The notes under the pieces are model-generated. The model had not been told where the DNA came from and did not search any database. It saw only the letters and a list, made by a program, of their open reading frames with translations. Shown here piece by piece: positions 34,101-43,407 of a stretch of DNA of 64,000 nt; position 1 is the stretch's first letter, and each line of letters begins with the position of its first letter. The stretch is from Rebecca billardiae RCC1528 (lineage: Eukaryota; Protista; Haptophyta). The DNA is taken from positions 3,224,001-3,288,000 of the forward strand of contig OZ251224.1 in NCBI GenBank assembly GCA_965240325.2. Direction: 5' to 3'. The translations under genes and the position numbers were made by a program.

Positions 34101-35200
34101 CGGACCGGCGGCTCGTTGAGCTCGTCGACGCCGATCTGGGCGCCGAGCACGAGCCGGCGCCGCTCCGCGATCCACCCGTCCGGCGCGTAGCGCGGGCCGC
34201 CACGCCAGCGCGCGTCAGGCGAGCCATCGAGTGCGAGCGCTCGGCTCGCGGCCGCGTCGCCACCGAGCCGGGGCCGCTCGAGCGGCAGCTCTGGCGGGCG
34301 GGGCGCCACGCCCGCGGGCGCGCCCGCCGGCGGCGTCCGCGCGAAGCACGTCGGTCGTTGCAGCGGTACGATCGGCGGCGACGCGCCGCTCGCGAGCGCC
34401 GGACCGCCGCTGCCGCATACCCTCCCACCGGCCGCGGCGGCGGCGGCACCGCTCGCAGGCGCAGCCTCGCCCGAGGCCGGCGTGGCGGCGGCGCCGGAGC
34501 CCCCGCCGCCGCCGCCGGGGCCCGCGGCGCCGGCGGTGGGCACGGCGCCGGCAGTGACGCTGGCGACGGTCGGGCGCTGGAGCGCGACGACGGGCGGCCC
34601 GCGTCCGCCGTTGGCCTGCGCGCCGCCTGCTGCTGGCCCCGAGCGCTGCGCTGCGAGCGGCGGCGGCGCAATCATCACCGCCGGCGGCCCGGCGGAGATC
34701 ACGGGCGCCGCCGCGGGGCGGGGCGGTCCACGCGCACCCGGTGGGCGCGGCTGGGCCGAGATCTCCTGCGGCACGCCCACCGAGGCTGGGAGCGGCGTGC
34801 CCGCGCCCTCCGGGCTCAGCCTGGGCGGGCCACACGCGCCGTCCGTCGGCAGCTCGACTTTCGCAACGGCCGCCGTGCTCGTCGTGCCCGTCGTGCTCCT
34901 CGCGCAGGGGCCTGCAAACGTCGGCTTGGCCGGTCGGCGGGTATCGCCCGTGGGCGCCGCGTACACGGGCGCGTGCGGCAGGCTCGGCGGCGTGCCACTG
35001 GCTGGCACGGGCGCGGGCACGGGCTGCGGCGGTGACGCAACACGCCCACCACGCGCGCCGCGTGCATTGCCAGGGCCGAGCGCGAGTGTGGGCTGCCCAA
35101 CGTGGTGTGGGGAGCTGATCACGTGCGGCGCCGTCTGCAGGGCCGCCGTGTCCACCACGGGCTTCGCCAGCGGCGCGTCCCTCGGGGGCGGCCGCACCAT
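31196..35200 (-). CDS. TMC/OSCA/anoctamin-superfamily membrane channel with long Pro/Ala-rich N-terminus; intron 31297-31440
   Basis: GAGMRLYFDLLK, SIRDYSV, QEPADLILEN, LYEGEQLDIAKRYG...YAPGMPLLY...YWVDKWALL...PPPYD; about 10 TM segments. Confidence 0.8.
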   Translation of the reverse strand: MVRPPPRDAPLAKPVVDTAALQTAPHVISSPHHVGQPTLALGPGNARGARGGRVASPPQPVPAPVPASGTPPSLPHAPVYAAPTGDTRRPAKPTFAGPCARSTTGTTSTAAVAKVELPTDGACGPPRLSPEGAGTPLPASVGVPQEISAQPRPPGARGPPRPAAAPVISAGPPAVMIAPPPLAAQRSGPAAGGAQANGGRGPPVVALQRPTVASVTAGAVPTAGAAGPGGGGGGSGAAATPASGEAAPASGAAAAAAGGRVCGSGGPALASGASPPIVPLQRPTCFARTPPAGAPAGVAPRPPELPLERPRLGGDAAASRALALDGSPDARWRGGPRYAPDGWIAERRRLVLGAQIGVDELNEPPVRTLEDVETWRAWAVEQALKLQDRTQVRRHLPDGTAEKMPLWETSPRDLGRAMGAGMRLYFDLLKLIAGLLLIGLLLAIPSLELNVSGGPDERRGSELRLTQESAAIGVRPFPEGMLYMTTVGPRAWCVTEHCRSVSLLTGFFDAAFIIFLLWAIHSFSQRIDGVALEVDMEVTSIRDYSVQLHGYPRHITPRQVKEHVEAVLAVRARTRLEGLGDRATTTRAGIWAHAYYSDFLSRRKFAVHEIVPLLDNYALLKAGVDKAPLEAEVAYLESRLQRLELVHASLSAGQPGHHMLQSQIGETRKRLRRRQRQLRACRDAISETIIADRESGGSTLSIIVSFHWEAARSEALHAFPADWLGRAAQQLGRAQVDSRFRASASARPSAIRAARLQEPADLILENFTFAGSAANVGRRLFSALIVLVLLFVAFLVFFWAQVEQQRRLGGAAESAAAISAYASLVAVATNMMLKQVIKRVVVLERRTLRSDVQLDTAFKLFVAQLVNMGLIVPLVSSAVPSWMPYRLCGSPEDECALDGVCCLIGPRGLLFRGEHTDVSAAWFGTVGSKILLTMIVQLFAMNLQPLARALRWWAWREISLRSDRVFTLEGMLKLYEGEQLDIAKRYGELMAYAGVVLIYAPGMPLLYVLGVACFVSAYWVDKWALLNVYAQPPPYDTKMAILASTIMPYFVLFHCAFALAAYTLTPGSAFSIAGVLALIDRRLPGATINEEAVLESARASDPFLLVDRVNSASTLAFFLLSMVLVCVGTVVVRVPKVCGRAYASAAMLWCAPSRVGTFLEGNPPLVDAIRGCDHPVLRVMEGGTVVSPADIERGADPWFLYLSPMTWLFKVLGIHSPRPAVTAEQFAAAKPVHIHLDEASGQQSTYAPDKNPFCASPRALAVGWLRGRDAADGAESSSRAPCTPAPRPCARPAPRARACIPDRDAFLYDTSRAVGGLLRDADTVAGALSPDVKG

Positions 35201-35807
35201 GCCCAAAGATGGGGGCGAGGGCGCAAGCAACGGCGCCAGAAGCCCAGCGGAAAGCCAGAAATTCGTTCACGCCATAAATATCGCGGCCGTTCAGTCATGA
35301 CTCATCTTCAATCTCGTCGTTTTCGGTTACGCTTACGGCCTTGCGCGATGGTAGCATGCAAGTTCATTAGTTCAAAGTCCAACGAACCGGCCGAGAAGAG
35401 CGGAAGTTTGCGTCCGTCAGCGACTTACTGTAGCGTCCGAGCGAAATGGCGGAGCACGGGATCATTGATCAATCGGCGGCCGCGGGCCGACAATGTTACC
35501 AATGATGTCAGAGTGAGACACCGGCGGCGGCTCGCAGTTTAAGACCGGACCCGCGCCACGCCGAGCATGTGACGGACCTGGCGGACAGCCCCGCGGCTGT
35601 CCCGCTCTGTCCGTGTCGCTCGTCACTCTGTCTCTGACCGCAAGGCAGCAGCAGCGGCAACTGATATCAGTCGTCTGATCACTGCGTCTGCCAGTCGTGT
35701 AATCGCCTCGTCATTCGTCGCGCATTCGTCAGGCGAATCATCTATCGTCATCAATCGACGACAGTGAATCGTCAGCGCCATTGTCATCAGACGACGTCAA
35801 CCTGTTA

Positions 35808-38800
35808 TCAGAGCAGCTCGGACGCGTACTCGCACGGCGTGCACGTGCGAATCCCGGCGCCGGGCCGCCCATGCGCGCTGTCGTCGCGCGGCGTCAGCGG
35901 CCCCGCGTGTGGCCCGGCCGCCGCCGGGACCGCGGCTGCCCCCTCCGACGGCGGCGCGCCCGAGCCCATGAGTGGAAGCTGGTCGGCACCGTGCGGCTGG
36001 TCGTTCGGCGGCGCGGCCACCAGCTGCGCTGGCCCCTTGAAAGCAGGAGGGCCCGGCGAGGCCGGCGGCGTGTCCTGCTGGCCGCTGAGCGCGTGCGCGA
36101 GCGCGAAGAGCCAGCGCGCCTCAGCCTCGCGCATCGCGTGCAGCCGGCCGAGCTTGTGCCGGTGGTACGGCTCGAGCCAGCAGGAGGTCGCGAGCTGGCA
36201 GCTCGCGAGCGCGCGCGCCAGCGGACCCGGGAGGCATGCGCCGAGAGCCGAGCTGCCGTACTCGGTGTGTGCGCTCGCGTCGACCACGACGTGAAGGCCC
36301 CACTCCGCAGCCTCGACCGCGGCATGGGCGTCGGCTGCGCGGCGCATCGCCGCGAGCAGCGCATCCTGCAGCGAGCGCGCCAGGCTCTCCTCCAGCTCCA
36401 AGACCTGTCGCAGCCGCACGGCGCGCGCGCGCCGGCGCATGCCGCTCGCGAGCGCCAGCCATGCGGCGCGCACAGCCTGTGGGCTCGCGCGCGCCGACTG
36501 CTCCGCGCCCGCGTCGGTTGATGCGCGCCGAGGCTCCGCCGCGCGGATCCGGAAGCTGCCGGGGTCCGGCTCGGCGCGCGCCGTCGAGCGGAGCGAGCGG
36601 AACGACGTGCCCAGGTCCGAGCCGTCCGCGGCCGCACCGGCGTAGCCATCGGTTGCGGCGGCGGCGGCGGCGGCGGCATCCAGCGTCTCGTCGAGCTCGT
36701 CGTGTGCCTGTGAGCCGCCGTGCGAGCACGCCGAGGCACGGCGCGAGCCGAGGCACGAGCCGACGCCGCCGCCGAGGGTCGGGGCGCTCGTGCGCATGGC
36801 GAGCGCGGCGCGGGGCAGCGGGCGGGGCGGCGCGACGAGCGACGACTGCACGAGCAACGAGAGATGAGCCGTGCTGCCGCGCGCGCCCGGCGCGACGGCC
36901 GACGGCACACCTCGCGCGTGCGCGTGGCGCTGCGCCGCCTCGAGCGCGGAGCGCTGCTGCCGTCGGAGCGCGGCGTGCGCGCTCGCCACGGCCGCATCGG
37001 CCTCCCGGAGCTCCTCACGGGCGGCGAGCACCTCGGCATGCAGCTTGGCGACGGGCGAGTCAGTGCCGTGCACGTGTGCGCCCGCGGCGGAGGCGCGGGC
37101 CGACGCTCGCGCGCGCTCGCGCGCGGCGAGCGCGCGCGCCGCCTCCCCGACCAGGTGCGCCGCGCGCGGCGCCGAGACCGACCAATCAGCCGCGAGCGGG
37201 AAGTAGAGCAGGTAAAGCAGGGCGTACCCGACCACCGCCGCGAGCGCGACCGCGCACTGCGCGCGCGCGCGGTGCGCGAGCAAGAGGGCTGCGAGCGCCG
37301 GCGGCGCGCGCAGCGCGAGAGAGGCAACGAGCACAAACCACCACGCGCGCGGGTTTGCCGCGAGCACCGCGCCGCACCGGCCGTACAGCCGCGTGTAGTG
37401 CGTCTCGTACGTCCGGAGCGAGACGTCGTCGAGGGCGTCGATGGTGGCGACGTACTGCCCGGCCATGCGCAGCTTCGCGGCGCGGAGCACGGCGCACGCA
37501 CACGCCGGGACGGCCACGCCATACACGCACCCGAACAGCGCGCCGAGCATCACGAGCCGTCGGTGCTCCGCGCTCTGCCAGCAGCGCATGCGCGGGAAGG
37601 CGTCGAGGCTCCACACGCCCTCCGCCTCGCGCGTGCACGCGAACGGCTGCAGCGAGAGCGAGAGCGCGAACACGTGCGTGATGCTCAGCCACAGTAGCAG
37701 CAGCTGCGTGTGCGCGCCGCACGCGCCCGCGTCAGACGAGCCGCACTCAAGCACCGCGCTGCACGCGCCGAGCCGCCGCCCGCCGGGGGACGGAAGGCCT
37801 GCGTCCGCCTCGGCGCGCGCGGCGCGCAGCCGGCAGAGCACGCCGTGCGCCGCGCGGCCGACGGCCGCGACGCTCGCCAGCCCGAGCGCGCCCACCATCA
37901 CCATCTCGACCACGCCGGCCGTGCGCGCCGACACGAGGCGCGCGTGCCGCGCGACCGCGAGTAGGAGGTGCGCTAGCAGCAGGGCGAGGGACAGCAGCTG
38001 CAGCTCGTCGGCGGCGTGCACGCGCGCGGCGAGCTGGGTCGCCACCGTCGACCCAGGCTCGAGCTCAGACACGGCGGAGCAGCCGCCCTTGCGCGCCGCG
38101 GCCGGCCAGAGTCCGGAGATCGAGTCCTGCCGACCGAGGGCCCCAGGGCGCGGCGCCGCCGCCGCCCAGCGCTGGCCGTCCGCCGCGCCGGCGTCGGCGT
38201 CGCGCGCCGCCGCGGCGCGCGCGCTGTACCCGGCGTCGCTGTCGCTGTCGTGCCGCTCGGACGTGTCCAGCGCGGTGCGCCAGCCGTGGCCGAGCGCACG
38301 CCGACGGCCGCGCGACGCGCTCACGAGCGCGAGCGCGCCGAGCACAGCGCCGACGAGAGCTGGGAAGGCCGTCATCAGCGCCCAGCGCGATCCGAACGTG
38401 CCCGCGTGCGCGTGCACGCACTCGGCGGGCGCCACGATCGGCTCGATCGAGAGCGAGGTGACCTGCCTCACCCACGCGCCCATCTTGCGCACGTACTTGG
38501 GGAAGCCCACGTCGTAGGCGAGGGTGAAACCCCACGCCTGCCACGTGGCGATCACGAGCACGCAGACACCGAACGCGTGCTGCGTCTCGCGCGCGCACGG
38601 CGCGAGCGCGCCGCGCAGCACGACCCACGCGCTCCCCAGCGCGAGCGCGATCAGCAGCGCCATCCACGGCCACGGCGACGGAGCCTCGGGGCACAGCGCG
38701 CACGCGGCGCCGTCGAGGAAGAAGCCGGGCGCGCAATGCGCGCATGCGACGCCCATCCGACCCGCCGCGCACGCGCGGCCGCCCGTGCACCACGCGGGCT

Positions 38801-41351
38801 CGCCGCACGCCACGCACGCCTCCGCGCCCTCCTCGTTGCCCCACGTCCCCGGCGGGCACGGCGCGCACTCCGCGGCCGACTCCGAGTTGAACATGCCCGC
38901 GGGGCACGCGACGCACTGCGCCGCGTCGTCGGCGGAGGCGGTGCCGACAGGGCACCGGAGCAGCGCGACCGCGACCGCTGCGGCCGTGCCCGGCTCTCGG
39001 ACGCCGCCGGAGCGCACGGGCGCGCGCGCCGCGACCTCCCGGTCGCCGACGCGCACCACCGCGTCCGCGCGCCGCACGGGCACGCTGCGCACGCCCCGGA
39101 TCGGCATGGCCCGCAGCACGAACCCGCGCTCGATCGAGCACCGAGCGGAGCAGCCGTCGCCATCCTGCAGGTTGCCATCGTCGCACACTTCCTCCGCGAC
39201 GAGTCGGCCGTCGCCGCACAGAGGGCTGCACGAGCTCGAGCCGCCGTCGGCGGGCTGCTCGCACGCCCAGCCCTCCTCCACGCTGCACGTGGCCGAGCAG
39301 CCGTCGCCCGGCTCCAGCCCGCCGTCGTCGCAGCCCTCGGCGCCCACGCTCAGCCCGTCGCCGCAGACCGAGCTGCATTCAGACGGCTCGCCGTCGTGCG
39401 GCACAGTGCACGCAAAGCCGAGCTCGGTGGCGCAGCGCGCCGAGCAGCCGTCGCCGTCGAGCGCGTTGCCGTCGTCGCACGTCTCCGCGCCGCGCAGCCG
39501 CGCGTCGCCGCACGTCTCCACGCACACGCTCTGGGGCACCGGGGAGAAGGCCGCGTTGGCGGCGGCGGCCGCGGCCGCGTCGGCGGCGGCATCCGCGTTC
39601 GCGTCGGCGTCAGCATACTTGGGCGCTGAGCACGACCAGCCGGACTCGATCTCGCACGCCGACGAGCACCCGTCGCCGTCCGCCGTGTTCCCGTCGTCGC
39701 ACGCCTCGTCGCGCACGCGCAGCCCGTCGCCGCACACGGGCGAGCACGAGTCCTCATGCCGCCAGGTGCCGCCGTCGCACGCGAAGCCAGGCTCGACGGC
39801 GCACGCGCCGGAGCAACCGTCGCCGTCGGCACGGTTGCCGTCGTCGCACGGCTCGGCGAGCAGCGCGGGCGCGGGGTCGGCCGAGGCGTGCGTCGGCTCG
39901 GCAGAGTCCGTGGACGCGTCGATGGCGGCGGTGGCGCTCGCGGCCAGCACCACGGCCGCGGCGTCGCCGCCGCCGCCGCCGTCACCAGCCTCATAGCCGA
40001 ATCGCGAGCCGTCGCCGCATTCAGCCGGGCACAGCTGCAGCCGCCACACGCCGCCGCCGTCGGCGGAGGGCGCGCCGACGAGCAGCTCGCGGCGGGACGC
40101 GAGCACGCCCACCGCGCAGCCGAAGCCGTCGCCGGGCCGCGTCGAGCCGCTGAAGCCGCCCACGTGCACCAGCTTGCGCGAGCGGCTACTTGGCGGGTAC
40201 TCACCTATTGGCTGCCACGCGCTCGCGGCGCCGTCCCGCCCGAGGAGGCCGAGCCACGCGCGGCCGTGGAGGTGCACCGAGCCGTCGCACGAGGCGGGCG
40301 CGCCGATCAGCAGGTCATCCTCCCCGTTCCCGTCGATGTCGCCCACGTTCGCCACCGACTCGCCGAAGATGCCGCCGGTGTGCTCGTCCGGGCCAGCCGC
40401 GCCGCGGACGAGGTCACCCGCGCCGTTGCGCGCGTACTGAGACGGGCTGACGAAGCCGCCGCCCGGGCGGAGCCGCGCGGGCTGGTCGGCCGCCCAGGGC
40501 ACCTCGAGCAGGTACACGAGCCCGCGCCCCCCGTCGGCTCCGGGCGCGCCCACTGCGAGCGACGCGCAGCCCGCCTTGGCCGAGCAGCTCGAGCCGGCGT
40601 GCGCCGAGCGCATGGCGGCGAGCGCGCGGCCGAAGGAGGCGCCGGGCTGCGCCGCGGCGGGCGGAGGCTCGACGATGCGGTGCCAGACGGCGGTGCCGTC
40701 CGCGCGCAGGCTGAAGAAGTGGATGGCGCCGCCCTGCTCGCTGTTGTCGCCCGACGCGCCCAGCGCGAGCTCGGTCAGCCCGTCACCGTCCATATCGCCG
40801 ATGGCTGCGATCGCGCTGCCGCAGTGATCCTCCGGCGCGGCGCCCTCGCACAGGACGGACTGGGTGGAGAGCACCTCGCCGCTGGCGTCAAGCAGCAGTA
40901 CGTACGCCCCGCCGCGCCCGCGGTTCATCCCCGGCGCGCCCACAGCAATGTCCTCTGCACCGTTGCCGTCGACGTCGCCAAGCGTGGCGATCGATGCCCC
41001 GAAGAAAGATGCCGAGGACGGGTGCTGGTTCGAGATCTTCGAGCCATGCATCGGCTTGCTCGCGTCACCGTCGTCGTCTGCCACGTCGATGCGCCACACC
41101 GTGCCCTGGTAGTGCCGGCCGTCGTCGTCGTGCGGCACGCCCACGGAGAACGACGCGCCGGCCCGCACGCCCGCGACCGCGCTTCCAAAGTCATCGCGCT
41201 TGGACGTGAACGCGTTGCCGACGAACGTTGAGGCGCACACCAGCCGTGGCGTAGGGCGCTCGTCGCCGCGCGCGGCGGCCACCGGGCGGAGAAGGCTCAG
41301 CGCGGGCAGGAGCGCGACGAGAGCCGCCCCCTTCACCGCGCACATCTGCAT
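35808..41351 (-). CDS. Cell-surface protein: FG-GAP (integrin-alpha-like) repeats, Cys-rich CDDGNxxDGDGCS repeats, CxxCPxG repeats and a multipass TM region
   Basis: Signal peptide; FGASIATLGDVDGNGAEDIAVGAPG-type repeats; five ECDDG..GDGCS..C repeats; TM helices with PFAC...LDAFPRMRCW. Confidence 0.82.
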   Translation of the reverse strand: MQMCAVKGAALVALLPALSLLRPVAAARGDERPTPRLVCASTFVGNAFTSKRDDFGSAVAGVRAGASFSVGVPHDDDGRHYQGTVWRIDVADDDGDASKPMHGSKISNQHPSSASFFGASIATLGDVDGNGAEDIAVGAPGMNRGRGGAYVLLLDASGEVLSTQSVLCEGAAPEDHCGSAIAAIGDMDGDGLTELALGASGDNSEQGGAIHFFSLRADGTAVWHRIVEPPPAAAQPGASFGRALAAMRSAHAGSSCSAKAGCASLAVGAPGADGGRGLVYLLEVPWAADQPARLRPGGGFVSPSQYARNGAGDLVRGAAGPDEHTGGIFGESVANVGDIDGNGEDDLLIGAPASCDGSVHLHGRAWLGLLGRDGAASAWQPIGEYPPSSRSRKLVHVGGFSGSTRPGDGFGCAVGVLASRRELLVGAPSADGGGVWRLQLCPAECGDGSRFGYEAGDGGGGGDAAAVVLAASATAAIDASTDSAEPTHASADPAPALLAEPCDDGNRADGDGCSGACAVEPGFACDGGTWRHEDSCSPVCGDGLRVRDEACDDGNTADGDGCSSACEIESGWSCSAPKYADADANADAAADAAAAAAANAAFSPVPQSVCVETCGDARLRGAETCDDGNALDGDGCSARCATELGFACTVPHDGEPSECSSVCGDGLSVGAEGCDDGGLEPGDGCSATCSVEEGWACEQPADGGSSSCSPLCGDGRLVAEEVCDDGNLQDGDGCSARCSIERGFVLRAMPIRGVRSVPVRRADAVVRVGDREVAARAPVRSGGVREPGTAAAVAVALLRCPVGTASADDAAQCVACPAGMFNSESAAECAPCPPGTWGNEEGAEACVACGEPAWCTGGRACAAGRMGVACAHCAPGFFLDGAACALCPEAPSPWPWMALLIALALGSAWVVLRGALAPCARETQHAFGVCVLVIATWQAWGFTLAYDVGFPKYVRKMGAWVRQVTSLSIEPIVAPAECVHAHAGTFGSRWALMTAFPALVGAVLGALALVSASRGRRRALGHGWRTALDTSERHDSDSDAGYSARAAAARDADAGAADGQRWAAAAPRPGALGRQDSISGLWPAAARKGGCSAVSELEPGSTVATQLAARVHAADELQLLSLALLLAHLLLAVARHARLVSARTAGVVEMVMVGALGLASVAAVGRAAHGVLCRLRAARAEADAGLPSPGGRRLGACSAVLECGSSDAGACGAHTQLLLLWLSITHVFALSLSLQPFACTREAEGVWSLDAFPRMRCWQSAEHRRLVMLGALFGCVYGVAVPACACAVLRAAKLRMAGQYVATIDALDDVSLRTYETHYTRLYGRCGAVLAANPRAWWFVLVASLALRAPPALAALLLAHRARAQCAVALAAVVGYALLYLLYFPLAADWSVSAPRAAHLVGEAARALAARERARASARASAAGAHVHGTDSPVAKLHAEVLAAREELREADAAVASAHAALRRQQRSALEAAQRHAHARGVPSAVAPGARGSTAHLSLLVQSSLVAPPRPLPRAALAMRTSAPTLGGGVGSCLGSRRASACSHGGSQAHDELDETLDAAAAAAAATDGYAGAAADGSDLGTSFRSLRSTARAEPDPGSFRIRAAEPRRASTDAGAEQSARASPQAVRAAWLALASGMRRRARAVRLRQVLELEESLARSLQDALLAAMRRAADAHAAVEAAEWGLHVVVDASAHTEYGSSALGACLPGPLARALASCQLATSCWLEPYHRHKLGRLHAMREAEARWLFALAHALSGQQDTPPASPGPPAFKGPAQLVAAPPNDQPHGADQLPLMGSGAPPSEGAAAVPAAAGPHAGPLTPRDDSAHGRPGAGIRTCTPCEYASELL

Positions 41352-41529
41352 CTCGATGACGCCGCCCTCCGGCCGTAAACCGCACACGCGTAGCGGCGTA
41401 GGCCGCCAAATGAGTAGATCTGCATATCTTGGTCAGCACCAGCCAAGGGAAGGGCCCTTGCACCAGCGCCCGCCCGGCTCCCGAGCTGGAGAGCGGCGGT
41501 GCTCAGATTTGGTTGCGTACTGTGTAGTT

Positions 41530-41619
41530 TACAGTTTACTAAGAATAAGAGACGCACACAGCTCAGGCAGGCGAGATTAACCGTAAGAATAAGAGACGCA
41601 CACAGCTCAGGCAGGTGAG
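41530..41619 (+). repeat. 50-bp dispersed element, family 2, plus an adjacent partial tandem copy
   Basis: 41530-41579 is TACAGTTTACTAAGAATAAGAGACGCACACAGCTCAGGCAGGCGAGATTA; the core is repeated at 41584-41619; an identical inverted copy lies at 56291-56340. Confidence 0.92.
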
Positions 41620-42155
41620 TTCTCAGAGCGCTGGTCACATAGTTTCCGTCTTGAACTTCGACGAGCTGTACAGCACGGCGGTGTACTAGCACGCAGCATT
41701 CGGAGGGAGCAAGGGGCTCGAGCGGGCGCGAGGGTGGAACAGGCGGGCGAGGGGGTGTAGCGCGGCCGGCGCGGCGCACGGCGCATCTGGTCTCGCGCAA
41801 AAGGCGTTCTCGTCCGGATGTGACTCGTCATCAGCGGCGGAGGTAGCCGTGTGAACGGCGGGCCAGCCACGCACAGTGACGCAGGCGCGTCCCGAGAGTG
41901 AGTCGCTGGAGCGAGGTCGCGAAGCGGCGATTAACCTCTGTCGCTCGGCGCCAATGGGAGTTGACAGCCCACCGCGCCCTTGCTCTGACCCAGAGCAAGG
42001 GTGCCCAAGAGCTTGCGACTCAAGCGTCGTCCGTGGTCCGGCTGTGTCCGAGTCCGACGGGCCCAATCCGCCATGCTGGATTGCTGGAACTCAACCGAAC
42101 GGCAACCTGGCCGACCCCCGCGGCGTGCACCGAGCAGCGGGGTCGCCGCGCTACC

Positions 42156-42695
42156 ATGTCTGCGCCAGGGCCCAGGGGGAGTGGTCACGTCCTCCAGCCG
42201 TACCTGGACTGCATCCGCCACACCCTCGACGCCGCGCTCTGCCTGCAGAACTTCGCTTCGCAGGTGGTCGAGCGGCACAACAAGCCGGAAATCGAAGCGC
42301 GCGGCTCAGAGGAGCTGCTTCTAAACACGCTCGTCATCTGCCGCAGTGAAGACGAAGCGTGCATGATCGAGACCTCGGTGAACTCCGTGCGCGTGAGCAT
42401 CAAGATCAAGCAGGCAGACGAGACGGAGGAGATCCTCGCGAAGAAATTCTCGCGCTTCTTGATGCAGCGTGCGGACAACTTTGTCGTGCTGCGCCGCAAG
42501 GCCATGGAGGGCTACGACATCTCGTTCCTTGTGACGAACTTCAACGTCGAGCACATGTACAAGCACAAGCTCGTCGACTTCATTGTCCAGTTCGTGGAGG
42601 AGATCAACAAGGAGATCTCTGCGATGAAGCTGAACGTGAACACGCGCGCTCGGCTCGTTGGGTTGGAGTTCCTGAAGGAGCTCAGTGCGCAGTGA
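42156..42695 (+). CDS. ARPC4: Arp2/3 complex subunit 4
   Basis: [35 protein letters not shown]...[11 protein letters not shown]...NTRARLV. Confidence 0.97.
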   Translation: MSAPGPRGSGHVLQPYLDCIRHTLDAALCLQNFASQVVERHNKPEIEARGSEELLLNTLVICRSEDEACMIETSVNSVRVSIKIKQADETEEILAKKFSRFLMQRADNFVVLRRKAMEGYDISFLVTNFNVEHMYKHKLVDFIVQFVEEINKEISAMKLNVNTRARLVGLEFLKELSAQ

Positions 42696-43407
42696 ATGAT
42701 GTAGCTATATATGTCCAAGGGGGAAGTTTCTTGACGATTGACTGTGACGATGCGATGAGTACAAGCCCGTCAAGCTGCCGTCGCGTATTCACTTGTAGTT
42801 GATCAGGCGGGCGGGATGGATGGATATTCACTCTGACAGGGGTAGGCTGTGAGACGCGCGGAGCGAGCGTCTCATTGCCATTCCGAGCCGTACCGCGCCG
42901 CCGAGCGGCCCGCCATCGGAGACGGAGTGGGCGGCCGGAGTGGCGACGGTTCAAGTGACTGTGAGTCCGCGGTCGGCGGCGCGGTTGCAGAATTTGCAGC
43001 ATGGCCACGGACCGGTGCACGCGTACACTGTCACTGAGTCTGATGAGTGCCAGTCACTGACCCTCAGCCGTAAGCTGCTTTAGCTTGCCGAAGGCCCGCT
43101 GAACCCGCCAGCGTGAGCGTCACTCCGAGCAGGCCGCGCCCGAGCCGCCGCACGGTCCGTGACGCTTGCGAGCTATGACGATGCGGAATTGTATTATTAT
43201 AAGCGCGACTCACTTCTACTGTAGCGTAGTTGCGCGGCACGCGGCGCGTCGGCATGATATTCTTCGCCGACTGCTTGATGCATAATGCATCAGCAGTGGG
43301 CATCAGCATCAGGAATTGGACAACGCAGAATGCGCTGCTGTCTCTGCCTAGCTGGACGATATATATATGTAATTAATCATCAGCCTGATCGGAAATCAGA
43401 TGATTTA

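Noticed and set aside
41540-41555. ATAAGAGAC similarity to the Tn5/Nextera mosaic end
   Set aside because: The match is only ~9 nt and the flanks do not correspond to the adapter.
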